In this document: positions 37,916 to 46,295 of the stretch, piece by piece
Numbering within the stretch: position 1 is the stretch's first letter
How the letters are laid out: each line of letters starts with the position of its first letter
Source: Bacteroidota bacterium
GTDB taxonomy: Bacteria > Bacteroidota > Ignavibacteria > UBA10030 > SZUA-254
Assembly (NCBI GenBank): GCA_035518715.1
Contig: DATIXJ010000027.1
Location: 18,590 to 82,589 of the forward strand
Length of the DNA stretch: 64,000 nucleotides
Direction of reading: 5' to 3'
The notes under the pieces: generated by a model
Seen by the model: the letters and a program-made list of their open reading frames with translations, nothing else
What the model was told of the DNA's origin: nothing
Database searches by the model: none
Program-made: the position numbers and the translations under genes

Positions 37916-39937
37916 ATGGAATGTCAAGCGTTGTCGCATGTTCTCTGTTTCATTTCCATTTTTACTATTTCAGCTCAAACCGCTGTTTGGGCCCAGCATG
38001 CGGAGGCCGATTCATCTCATCAGGGTGGAGATCTGCAGTCCCGGCCCCCTGTCCAGCTTCAGGAAGTAACAATTGTTGCTTCGCCGTATCAGCATGAATC
38101 GCCGTTGAGCAGCGTGACCGTTTCGCCTGTGGTGATTCAACAGACAGTCGCGACCGACGCATGGGATCTATTGCGTCAGACGGCAGGTCTCGAGGTGCAT
38201 GAGCAGGGACAAGGTCCGGGATTTGCATCTGATGCCTCGATCCGCGGGTTCAGTTCGGATCATTCGACCGATATCGCATTGTGGGTCGACGGAGTGCCGG
38301 TGAACGAGCCGGTGAACGGCCATGCCGAGGGGTATGATGATTTCAGTCTTCTCTTTCCGCAACTCATCAGGAATATTGAAGTGATCAAGGGCCCCGTCAG
38401 CCCTCTGTACGGGAATTTTGCCCTGGCGGGTGCCGTGAATGTGCGCACGATTGAGCGTGCCGACAGCACCACAGCGTCGCTATCCGGCGGTTCGAACGCG
38501 CGTCTGGAGGGAACTGTCGTGACTGGTTTCGATAACGGTGCGACCGGTGGAGTCATCGGCTTCCGCGGAATACGGGATGACGGCTGGCGGCCGAACAGCG
38601 ACTGGAGCTTGGGCCAGGCCTATGCCCGGTTGGTTCGCGACTTTTCCGATGCCGTGACCATCGATGGGGGAATCGGACTTTACGCCTCGGGATGGGATTC
38701 GCCGGGATTTCTCACGGTTGACCAATTTGACCACCAACAATACGTTACCGTGACCAATGCTACCGATGGCGGATACAAGAGGCGAGCGCAGGAACGACTC
38801 AGCGCCCGTGTCTTTCTCACTCCGACAACACTCTGGAGATCGACCATTTATGCCACTCAGGGCCGATGGCAGCTCTTCCTGACCATTCCGCCTGAGCCGG
38901 GATCGGGTGAAGGGACCGGCAGTCAAACCGAAGAAGAGGATAGCAGGTATGGTTATGGCGCGACGAGTGCTTTGACGCTCGCACTTCCTATGACCGACTT
39001 GACATTTGGTGTGGAGGGGAGGTTGGATCATTCCGACTACCAGAACTGGTTGACGACTTCCCGAATCCGGAATATGCCCCAGACGCTCGTTTCCGCCCGT
39101 CAAGTACTGGGAGCCGCTTTTCTGCAGGGAGAAACAAAACTATCCGACCGGCTGCGTCTGAGAATTGGCGGAAGGTACGATGCCCTCGTAACGGGGTCAG
39201 TGCCCGACGGAAGTCCCACGGTGAGCGAGAGCAAGGGTGTATTCTCCCCGAAGCTCGGTGTTTCGTACGATCTTTTCTCTTCCGTTGCAGCCTATGCAAA
39301 TGTTTCGAGAGGATTCCGGCAGAGCGACGGTGTCATCACCGATCCGTCGCTCCCGTTCATCATCGCCTGGAATTACGAAGCCGGTTTCAAATTCCACTCG
39401 GATCGCTTCGCCGCGGATGTAGCTTTCTTCAGAATGGATGTGAGCAATGAGCAGACATTTGATCCGGTGACGCTGAGCTCGACGAGCAACGGTGCCAGTC
39501 GCCGGCAGGGCGTGGATATCTCGGTTGATGCCCGACTTACGAACGCAATCTCGCTGAGCACCAACCTTACGGTCACCGATGCGAAGTATCTTGATCTTAT
39601 TACTGCGGATGGTGTGTCACTCGGGGGGTCTCAGATCTACAATACCTCGAAATATGTTGGGACGGCTGCACTGGATCTCGCGCCGCCGAAACAGCGATGG
39701 TATGTACGATTATGTTCTAATGTTGTTGGCCCGTATGCACCATTTGATGAACCGGGAGTTATGCTTCCATCCTATGCGTTGTTCCAGCTCTCCGCAGGAA
39801 ACCAGCTCGGCAGCATTCTCTTTGAAACGGGAGTCAGGAATCTCTTCGATAAGGCCTATCCGGAGCTGCGTGCGGGAGGGTTTGTAGATCCGGGGCAGCC
39901 GAGGGCCGGATACCTGACCATGAAGTACACCCTTTGA
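37916..39937 (+). CDS. TonB-dependent outer-membrane receptor
   Basis: The start is taken at ATG 37916, with GAAGGA 8 nt upstream. Signal peptide ending VWAQ, plug-domain motifs (IRGFS, IEVIKGP) and the C-terminal beta-barrel ending YLTMKYTL are present. Confidence 0.88.
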   Translation: MECQALSHVLCFISIFTISAQTAVWAQHAEADSSHQGGDLQSRPPVQLQEVTIVASPYQHESPLSSVTVSPVVIQQTVATDAWDLLRQTAGLEVHEQGQGPGFASDASIRGFSSDHSTDIALWVDGVPVNEPVNGHAEGYDDFSLLFPQLIRNIEVIKGPVSPLYGNFALAGAVNVRTIERADSTTASLSGGSNARLEGTVVTGFDNGATGGVIGFRGIRDDGWRPNSDWSLGQAYARLVRDFSDAVTIDGGIGLYASGWDSPGFLTVDQFDHQQYVTVTNATDGGYKRRAQERLSARVFLTPTTLWRSTIYATQGRWQLFLTIPPEPGSGEGTGSQTEEEDSRYGYGATSALTLALPMTDLTFGVEGRLDHSDYQNWLTTSRIRNMPQTLVSARQVLGAAFLQGETKLSDRLRLRIGGRYDALVTGSVPDGSPTVSESKGVFSPKLGVSYDLFSSVAAYANVSRGFRQSDGVITDPSLPFIIAWNYEAGFKFHSDRFAADVAFFRMDVSNEQTFDPVTLSSTSNGASRRQGVDISVDARLTNAISLSTNLTVTDAKYLDLITADGVSLGGSQIYNTSKYVGTAALDLAPPKQRWYVRLCSNVVGPYAPFDEPGVMLPSYALFQLSAGNQLGSILFETGVRNLFDKAYPELRAGGFVDPGQPRAGYLTMKYTL

Positions 39938-40075
39938 TCGTCATCGAGCGTGGTTTTACATCGTGAAGCAGAGAACAGATCGAACACGAAAGGATTCTTC
40001 TGGTACTGCAAAGTCCCAACTATTTATTATATTCTTGGGTCGAATTTGTAAACAAACCTACGAAGGACTGGCTGA

Positions 40076-40489
40076 ATGCGGATCATCACGGTTGCATTGG
40101 TTTTGACGATAGTGATAATCGATATCTCTATTCTCAGCGCACAGGAAATGGATACCGTACAACATCCCGTGGCGAAAGTTATTGCACTCAATGCGAACGG
40201 GAAGGACTATCTGCGGATTCTTGGAGGTCCGCCGGAATCCTCGACCCTGCACTCCGGGCTCGTGACGCTGCGTCGAAAAGCTTCGGTGGGAAAGCACAAC
40301 ACGGAAAAATATGAGGAGATGGTGATTGTTCTTCGCGGAACCGGAATCATGAAAATCACAGGGGGTCCGGATCTTTCGTTCAAGGCAGGACAAGTAGTGT
40401 ATTGTCCTTCACATACAGAGCACGATGTGCTGAATACCGGTCGAACGCTTCTGCGGTATGTGTATGTTGTTGCCGAGACTGATCGATGA
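40076..40489 (+). CDS. Exported cupin-domain protein
   Basis: Signal peptide ending SAQ. Cupin motif 2 is present (GQVVYCPSHTEHDVLNTG). Motif 1 is partial (GKHNTEKYEEMVIVLRGTG). Confidence 0.7.
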   Translation: MRIITVALVLTIVIIDISILSAQEMDTVQHPVAKVIALNANGKDYLRILGGPPESSTLHSGLVTLRRKASVGKHNTEKYEEMVIVLRGTGIMKITGGPDLSFKAGQVVYCPSHTEHDVLNTGRTLLRYVYVVAETDR

Positions 40490-40512
40490 GAACAGCTCGA
40501 GGTTGATTTCGA

Positions 40513-41481
40513 ATGCACATCCCCGATGGCTTTCTTGATCCTAAGACTATTGCTGCGACATCAGCATTTTCGCTTGTTGGAGTAGCTCGTGCCTTGCGTG
40601 ATGTCACCCGGCGGCTTGCGGGTTGGAAGATTCCGTTAATGGGAGTGACGGCTGCGTTCGTCTTTGTCGCTCAGATGCTGAATTTTCCGGTTGCGGGAGG
40701 GACATCAGGTCATTTCGTCGGTGGAGTTTTTGTCGCGGTGCTCCTGGGCCCGAGTGCAGCGGTCGTTGTCATTACCGTTGTGCTTCTCGTGCAATGCTTT
40801 TTGTTTGCTGATGGCGGGGTGTTTGCAATCGGCGCGAACATCTTCAACATGGCAATTGTCTCACCGATCGTGGGTTACTCTGTATACCGGATCGTCTCGG
40901 GGATTTTACCGAAGAGATATGGTAACCTCGTCGCTATCGGGGTCGCATCGTGGGTGTCGACAGTCGTTGCGGCGATCTGTTGTACGGGCGAGCTGGTCTG
41001 GTCCGGAACTGTTCCATGGTCGATTGGTTTTCCGGCCATGGCGGGAATCCACATGCTCATCGGCTTTGGCGAAGGCCTGATCACCATGCTGGTGTACGCA
41101 GCAATCATGCGAACAAGGCCGGATCTTGTCCGTCCGGAGGACTCCGGAATTATTCCGGGGGTTGTGCGACCCATAACAAACATCCTCATCTATGGGTTTC
41201 TCATCATATTCGGGCTGGCATTGTTTGTGAGCCCGTTCGCGTCGAGGTGGCCTGACGGGCTCGAGAAGGTTGCGGCGATGTTTGGATTCGCATCAAGAGC
41301 GCTGTCGGAACGCGTTGTTCATTCTCCGATTGCGGAATACAAAGTGCCCGGAATCGGTTCCTTTTCGGTGGCGACCGCCCTTGCCGGAGTAATTGGGGCG
41401 ATTACCGTTTTTCTTCTGTCGTTCGTTCTCGCCAGATTCCTGACTCGCTCTGCTGCTAAAAATGGCTCCTCGTCAGTCTGA
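40513..41481 (+). CDS. cbiM: ECF transporter substrate-capture component CbiM/NikM with C-terminal PDGLE domain
   Basis: N-terminus MHIPDGFL, GGTSGHFVGG, and a literal PDGLE motif in the C-terminal extension (RWPDGLEKV). Confidence 0.88.
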   Translation: MHIPDGFLDPKTIAATSAFSLVGVARALRDVTRRLAGWKIPLMGVTAAFVFVAQMLNFPVAGGTSGHFVGGVFVAVLLGPSAAVVVITVVLLVQCFLFADGGVFAIGANIFNMAIVSPIVGYSVYRIVSGILPKRYGNLVAIGVASWVSTVVAAICCTGELVWSGTVPWSIGFPAMAGIHMLIGFGEGLITMLVYAAIMRTRPDLVRPEDSGIIPGVVRPITNILIYGFLIIFGLALFVSPFASRWPDGLEKVAAMFGFASRALSERVVHSPIAEYKVPGIGSFSVATALAGVIGAITVFLLSFVLARFLTRSAAKNGSSSV

Positions 41482-41496
41482 AGAATTCCCGACTGT

Positions 41497-42114
41497 ATGC
41501 ATTCTCGTTTTATAGGCGTACCCGTCGGAGAAACGACTGTTATCCATCGGCTGCCGGCTCTGGCGAAGGTGACGGTTTCTTGCGTCGTGATCCTGACAAG
41601 CATTTTGTTGCCGATTGGCTGGGGTGTTGCGTTTGTGGGAATTGCTGCGCTGCTTTCCTTGGTAGTGTTCGTGAGCCGGACGTCATTGTGGTTCCTCTTC
41701 CGGAACATCGTGATCGTCGAACCGTTCGTTATCATGGTCGGTCTGTCGACCCTCTTTCAGCCGGATGGAGGAATGAGATTTGCTTCGATCGCTCTCAAGA
41801 GCACGCTGAGTCTGGTAACGATTCTGCTGTTATCGAGCACAACACCTTTTGAAGAGCTCCTGGAGGTCTTGCGCATGATGCGCATTCCTGCGGCGATGAT
41901 CTCTATTATCGCATTGATGTTTCGTTACATCTTTGTATTCATTGGCGAGAGCGGGCGAATGCGGACGGCGCGTCAGAGCAGATCGTTTACTCAACGAACT
42001 GCCCGCAGTTGGGTTGTTCTTGCGTCGGTTCTCGGGCAGTTGTTCCTGCGTTCGACGGTACGTGCAGAACGAATCTATACGGCGATGTGTGCCCGCGGCT
42101 GGAGATCGCAATGA
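41497..42114 (+). CDS. cbiQ: ECF transporter transmembrane (T) component CbiQ
   Basis: 205-aa polytopic protein with an ARxxR-type C-terminal motif region (MRTARQSRSF...RAERIYTAMCARG). It has an ATGA overlap with cbiO. Confidence 0.8.
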   Translation: MHSRFIGVPVGETTVIHRLPALAKVTVSCVVILTSILLPIGWGVAFVGIAALLSLVVFVSRTSLWFLFRNIVIVEPFVIMVGLSTLFQPDGGMRFASIALKSTLSLVTILLLSSTTPFEELLEVLRMMRIPAAMISIIALMFRYIFVFIGESGRMRTARQSRSFTQRTARSWVVLASVLGQLFLRSTVRAERIYTAMCARGWRSQ

Positions 42115-42857
42115 CTGCTGTCGAATGTACGGATCTTCACTTCCGATATCCTAACGGAGAGGAAGCTCTTCGCGGGGTTACGATGCGGATCGAAGAGGGA
42201 GAGAGTGTCGGTCTCATCGGTCCCAATGGAGCTGGAAAATCCACGATTCTCCTCCATATGAATGGAATTCTCCCCGAGCGGCTTTCCCCGACTGTGAGCA
42301 TTTCGATCTTCGGGATCCCGGTTGACGCCCCGAATCTCTTCCGCGTGCGTAGGCTTGTCGGCCTGCTGTTTCCGGATCCCGACGATCAGCTGTTCTGCGC
42401 AACAGTGTACGAAGACGTTGCGTTCGGTCCCAGTCAGTTCGGACTCCCGGAAGCGGAAGTGAAGGCGCTCGTCGAAGATTCGATGAAGAAAGTGGGACTT
42501 CAGGGGTATGAACACAGATCGCCCCATCACCTCAGTACGGGGGAGAAACAACGCGCCTGCCTTGCAGGCCTGGTTGCCTGTCAACCGAAGATTCTGGCAC
42601 TCGATGAACCTACCCATGGTCTTGATCCCCGAGGTAAGCGACAGTTCAAGAGTCTTCTGCAATCAATTGAAGCGACGAAGATCATCGCGACGCACGATTT
42701 GGAGCTTGTCGTGGAGCTTTGCGCCCGGTCGATTCTCCTGGACGAGGGGGTGATCGTTGCAGATGGCCCCACGGCTTCTCTTTTGTCGGATGAAGATCTC
42801 ATGAACGCCCACGGCCTTGAAAAGCCGCATATTCTCAAGCACTTGCATCCGCATTAG
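42111..42857 (+). CDS. cbiO: ECF transporter ATPase CbiO
   Basis: Walker A GPNGAGKST, signature LSTGEKQR and Walker B ILALDEP are present. Confidence 0.92.
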   Translation: MTAVECTDLHFRYPNGEEALRGVTMRIEEGESVGLIGPNGAGKSTILLHMNGILPERLSPTVSISIFGIPVDAPNLFRVRRLVGLLFPDPDDQLFCATVYEDVAFGPSQFGLPEAEVKALVEDSMKKVGLQGYEHRSPHHLSTGEKQRACLAGLVACQPKILALDEPTHGLDPRGKRQFKSLLQSIEATKIIATHDLELVVELCARSILLDEGVIVADGPTASLLSDEDLMNAHGLEKPHILKHLHPH

Positions 42858-42923
42858 TAGTTTGGGAGAGTTTCTGTTGCATCACACATATTCCAGTCTT
42901 TGAATTATCCAAGGAATAGTCTC

Positions 42924-43427
42924 ATGAAAAGGTCTCGCGTGTTCTTGTTCTGTGCCGGATTATTCATGGCTTCGTCCTTGTTCACAAATTCATATGCACG
43001 GCAATGGACGCTGAGCATTTCCGGAGAAGTTCAACATCCAATAGTGCTGACACCGAAAAGCGTTGGAGAGATGCCAAGGACAACGGTGAGCGTGAAAAAC
43101 AGTAAGGGGGTGACCGAGAAGTATGAAGGAGTCCTTCTCTCCGAAATACTTGCTCGTGCCGGAGCGCCAATGGGTGACAGCGTTGAAAGCAAAAATCAGA
43201 CCTGGTATGTTCAGGCGGAAGCGCTTGACGGATATAAGGTGATCTTTGCGCTTCCGGAGATCGACACGTCGTTCGGTGCGAATTCAATTCTCCTTGCCGA
43301 CATGAAGAATAGTGCTCCACTGGAGAAAAAATCTGCACCGTTGGAAATCATTGTGCCTCGCGAGCATCGGCACGCGCGCTGGATTCGGCAGGTCGAGAAG
43401 CTGAGAGTGCTGAAGTCGCAGGAGTGA
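42924..43427 (+). CDS. Exported small YedY/sulfite-oxidase-fold (Oxidored_molyb-like) domain protein
   Basis: Signal peptide (start MKRSRVFLFCAGLFMASSLF). WTLSISGEV..P..L, YEGVLLSEIL, DGYKV and APLEIIVPRE...RWIRQV follow the molybdopterin-oxidoreductase domain pattern. The mature protein has no Cys. Confidence 0.6.
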   Translation: MKRSRVFLFCAGLFMASSLFTNSYARQWTLSISGEVQHPIVLTPKSVGEMPRTTVSVKNSKGVTEKYEGVLLSEILARAGAPMGDSVESKNQTWYVQAEALDGYKVIFALPEIDTSFGANSILLADMKNSAPLEKKSAPLEIIVPREHRHARWIRQVEKLRVLKSQE

Positions 43428-43559
43428 AGTCAGCCGGTTAGACATTTTCTCATCTTGTCATTCAGGCATTTTGCCAATAATTCGCGGTGCAGGAGAATGA
43501 CGGATAGTCACGTGTCAAGAGGATGGACAAACTGTGGGGGTAGGGTTTGTGTGGGCGCT

Positions 43560-43645
43560 GAATTGCGCCGAAGGCGCAGAACCTCTGACTATTCCCGTCA
43601 TGATCGAAGATTATGACGGGAGACGCTCTGAACCATTCAGAGCCG
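43560..43645 (-). other. Three consecutive stable hairpins immediately 3' of tRNA-Val (structured RNA element or terminator cluster)
   Basis: TGCGCC-gaa-GGCGCA (43564-43578), TCCCGTCAT-N11-ATGACGGGA (43593-43621), CTCTGAA-cca-TTCAGAG (43626-43642). Confidence 0.3.
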
Positions 43646-43651
43646 ACAGAG

Positions 43652-43726
43652 TGGACGCTGTAGGGATCGAACCTACGACCTCTGCCTTGTAAGGGCAGCG
43701 CTCTAAACCAGCTGGGCTAAGCGTCC
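43652..43726 (-). tRNA. tRNA-Val (anticodon TAC)
   Basis: Hand-folded: acceptor GGACGCT/AGCGTCC, anticodon stem CTGCC/GGCAG with loop CTTACAA, T arm GTAGG-TTCGATC-CCTAC. The D stem has one C-A mismatch. Confidence 0.85.
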
Positions 43727-43734
43727 ATATTTTG

Positions 43735-43806
43735 AGCGGGAGACGGGGATCGAACCCGCGACGTCAAGCTTGGGAAGCTTGCATTCTACCGCTGAATTAC
43801 TCCCGC
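43735..43806 (-). tRNA. tRNA-Gly (anticodon CCC)
   Basis: Acceptor GCGGGAG/CTCCCGC, D ATTC/GAAT, anticodon stem CAAGC/GCTTG with loop TTCCCAA, T arm GCGGG-TTCGATC-CCCGT. Confidence 0.9.
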
Positions 43807-43876
43807 AAACAGATTCTACATCTGCTCTAAGCTGAAAATAGCTTGAAGAGCGGAGTTACACTGCAGGTACAATATA
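43785..43876 (-). repeat. Copy A of a 92-nt duplicated unit (tRNA-Gly 5' 22 nt + 70 nt upstream region)
   Basis: Aligns without gaps to 44803-44894. The first 22 nt are identical. By hand alignment 51 of the next 70 nt match, including a 25/26 block cggagttacactgca[g/a]gtacaatata. Confidence 0.85.
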
Positions 43877-43948
43877 ACTATTGGGGCAGTAGGAGGCAAT
43901 TGAGCATCAGGTAATCTCACCAATTAAAATTCAATTAATTTGTCCTCT

Positions 43949-44620
43949 TCACTTAGGAATCTTCAAGGAAAACTTTGTTCTCGGGATTGCAACCTGATGC
44001 CACCCCGGACCCAACTCATAAGCAGAGAAGTTGAAGACCAAATCTTTCTCTTCTATGTTCACCTTTAATTTATTCAGTTTGCAGGAATCCGGAGTCAATA
44101 TCGAATCATCCCATGCATCGCTCAATAATGAATCAACGTAGCCATAAACAACTTTACACACCTCATATTCTGGAGTGAGGATGAAATCGGATGGTGATAG
44201 GAAGCGTTGATGTGAAAGGTCAAAGTTATATGTTGTGTACTCAGTAGTACCATGACAACCCCATGAAGGACACATTGCATATTCCAAACAATAGCTCACA
44301 AGTGATCCAAAGATCTTGGCTGATTTTACCTGAACACTGACATACGGAAACTCGCGCGTAGCAATAAGATCAGAATCCATATCAGTGTAATACGATTTGG
44401 CATCACGCAGGAAATCCCGCCTCTGACTTCTGACAAACTGAAGGACTTTATCATTAAGAGTTTTCGCGCGGGGATCACTGCAGTAGGGGTATTGGATTGT
44501 GATATCACAATGTGCTGGATCTTCCTTACTCTTCAGATGCCTGATTTCTATCTGGCAAACGGAAATCTGATAGCAGCTGAAAATCAGCATTACAGCCGAT
44601 AGGATAGACACACATTTCAT
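43949..44620 (-). CDS. Exported DUF4163/DUF3298-like protein (RsiV C-terminal-type fold), visibly AT-richer than its surroundings
   Basis: Signal peptide. ITIQYPYC....LNDKV..FV and SLVSYCLEYAMCPSWGCHGTTEYTTYNFDL...FLSPSDF resemble the DUF4163 and DUF3298 consensus patterns. Confidence 0.6.
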   Translation of the reverse strand: MKCVSILSAVMLIFSCYQISVCQIEIRHLKSKEDPAHCDITIQYPYCSDPRAKTLNDKVLQFVRSQRRDFLRDAKSYYTDMDSDLIATREFPYVSVQVKSAKIFGSLVSYCLEYAMCPSWGCHGTTEYTTYNFDLSHQRFLSPSDFILTPEYEVCKVVYGYVDSLLSDAWDDSILTPDSCKLNKLKVNIEEKDLVFNFSAYELGPGWHQVAIPRTKFSLKIPK

Positions 44621-44802
44621 GACTCACCCTTCCTATAAGTACATTGAGACTACACGAGAGTCATGCCGCAATGTACTGCTCCGGGTCACCATGGTCAAAC
44701 CATCAAACCCGCAGTAGACCCAGACAAGTTACAACAGGGTTACAAAATGAAAGAAGCTTATCTTGAATGTTAATGCTGCGTAAAGAGCTTGTGGAAAGAC
44801 CA

Positions 44803-44824
44803 TCTACCGCTGAATTACTCCCGC
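44803..44824 (-). pseudogene. Truncated tRNA-Gly remnant (5' 22 nt only)
   Basis: tctaccgctgaattactcccgc is identical to 43785-43806. Sequence 3' of it does not continue the tRNA. Confidence 0.8.
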
Positions 44825-44948
44825 ATGCTTACTCCAATGCTGCTTCAAGCTGACAAATGCTTGTCAATCGGAGTTACACTGCAAGTACAATATAGGAAAC
44901 TGAGAGCGAAAAGAAAAACCCGCCTTGCTTCTGCATCACCCACCGCCA

Positions 44949-44977
44949 TTGACACTTCCAAATTGATCTGCTATATT
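44949..44977 (+). promoter_or_regulatory. Near-consensus sigma-70 promoter TTGACA-N17-TATATT
   Basis: Read directly. It lies about 130 nt upstream of the TolB-like lipoprotein gene. Confidence 0.45.
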
Positions 44978-45108
44978 ACGGCGTCAGGAGGTGTTCATCC
45001 AATCCGTTCTTCCATTTCATAAGTGAAGGAAACTCGTACGGATAACTCATTCCGAATCCATAAGCCATCGTCCGGCAGTCGTTCAAGGCCTCAGGGTTGC
45101 CCACGAAG

Positions 45109-46248
45109 ATGAGATTGACACTCCTTGCGTTTGCCGCCGGTGTCGCTTTGGAACTCTCCGGCTGTGAACCGGCGACCTTCGTCACGGAACCGCCCTGGAC
45201 CCTTTCGGGCAGGATCGTCCTCAATGCTATCGGCGGAAACGGTAACAATCTCGGCATTGTCCTCTTCGATCTGAACGTCTCCGAGATACCTAAACTGGAC
45301 GTCATACCGAACGGCATCGAGCCGAGGGTGAGTGCAAGGGGTCTGGAACTTGCCTACTCGGGAACAGAAGCGGGGAAGATCGACATCTTCCGGTCGGACA
45401 TCACAGGGAGCGGTATCGTTGATCTGACGCCAGATTCAACTTCAATCGACAGCTGGCCGGACTGGTCTCCGGACGATTCGGCGGTCTGTTTCACCAGGGT
45501 TATGCCATATCCTCCGTTCAGGGAGGAACTCTTCATCGTGACAAACGACGCTCTGCATCGGCGCATCATCACGGATACTGCGCAACTGCAAACAGCTACG
45601 ATGCCGCGATGGTCACCGGATGGCACCAAAATAGCTTTCATGGGCAACCCGTCGGGAAATATCTCCCCCGCGTATTCGCTCTACACAATTTCACCCGACG
45701 GTTCGCATGCACTCCGGCTCGATGATATCGGATCGATGCTGCCGGCGTCCCTTCCTGCCTGGGCTCCGGATTCCCGGAGTATCGCGTATGCGCGAACATA
45801 CGGGATGTCGGACCGGAACGCACCGCAGTCGCTCACGGACACAACCGGCGGTCTGTGTGTTGTTGATGCTGCCGCAGGCATTCCGGAGAAGATCAACATT
45901 CAAGGAGTCAATGTCATTGGAATGGGGTACTCCTGGCTTTCCAGTACCGAATTGATTTGCGTTGGCGAGAGCGTTGCAGATTCATTGAGCGGGTACGGGA
46001 TTTACCGGGCGTTGGTCTCCGCTCCGGCTGGCGCGACCTTTCTTGCAGGAGGATTCCGGCCCGTTCCGACGACGGTCTGCTCTCCGGATGGAAAGTACGT
46101 GGCAATTGTCGGAACTGCGGACACCAGTTCGGCATTTGCGCTCTTCGTTGTAGGATCCGACGGGAAGGGCTTCCGGAAACTGAAGGATATTGCTTCAGAT
46201 CCGAAAGCATTTGTCAATGATTGGGGAGACATCCAGTGGATACGGTGA
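45109..46248 (+). CDS. Lipoprotein with TolB-like (PD40) beta-propeller repeats
   Basis: MRLTLLAFAAGVALELSGC lipobox. Repeated WSPDG/WAPDS motifs are typical of PD40 blades. Confidence 0.8.
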   Translation: MRLTLLAFAAGVALELSGCEPATFVTEPPWTLSGRIVLNAIGGNGNNLGIVLFDLNVSEIPKLDVIPNGIEPRVSARGLELAYSGTEAGKIDIFRSDITGSGIVDLTPDSTSIDSWPDWSPDDSAVCFTRVMPYPPFREELFIVTNDALHRRIITDTAQLQTATMPRWSPDGTKIAFMGNPSGNISPAYSLYTISPDGSHALRLDDIGSMLPASLPAWAPDSRSIAYARTYGMSDRNAPQSLTDTTGGLCVVDAAAGIPEKINIQGVNVIGMGYSWLSSTELICVGESVADSLSGYGIYRALVSAPAGATFLAGGFRPVPTTVCSPDGKYVAIVGTADTSSAFALFVVGSDGKGFRKLKDIASDPKAFVNDWGDIQWIR

Positions 46249-46295
46249 CCGCTTAGCTGTGGCTTGCGGGGACGTAGCTCGCTCTATCCCCTGTG

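Noticed and set aside
43807-43860. A canonical -35/-10 promoter for tRNA-Gly in the duplicated upstream unit.
   Set aside because: A TAGAAT -10-like hexamer sits close to the tRNA 5' end in copy A. I could not pair it with a convincing -35 at 16-18 nt, and copy B differs at that hexamer. I therefore report the conserved 26-nt block only as a repeat.
44976-45317. A 113-aa minus-strand ORF overlapping the TolB-like gene start.
   Set aside because: It is antisense to a gene with clear PD40 repeats and a lipobox, and has no motif.
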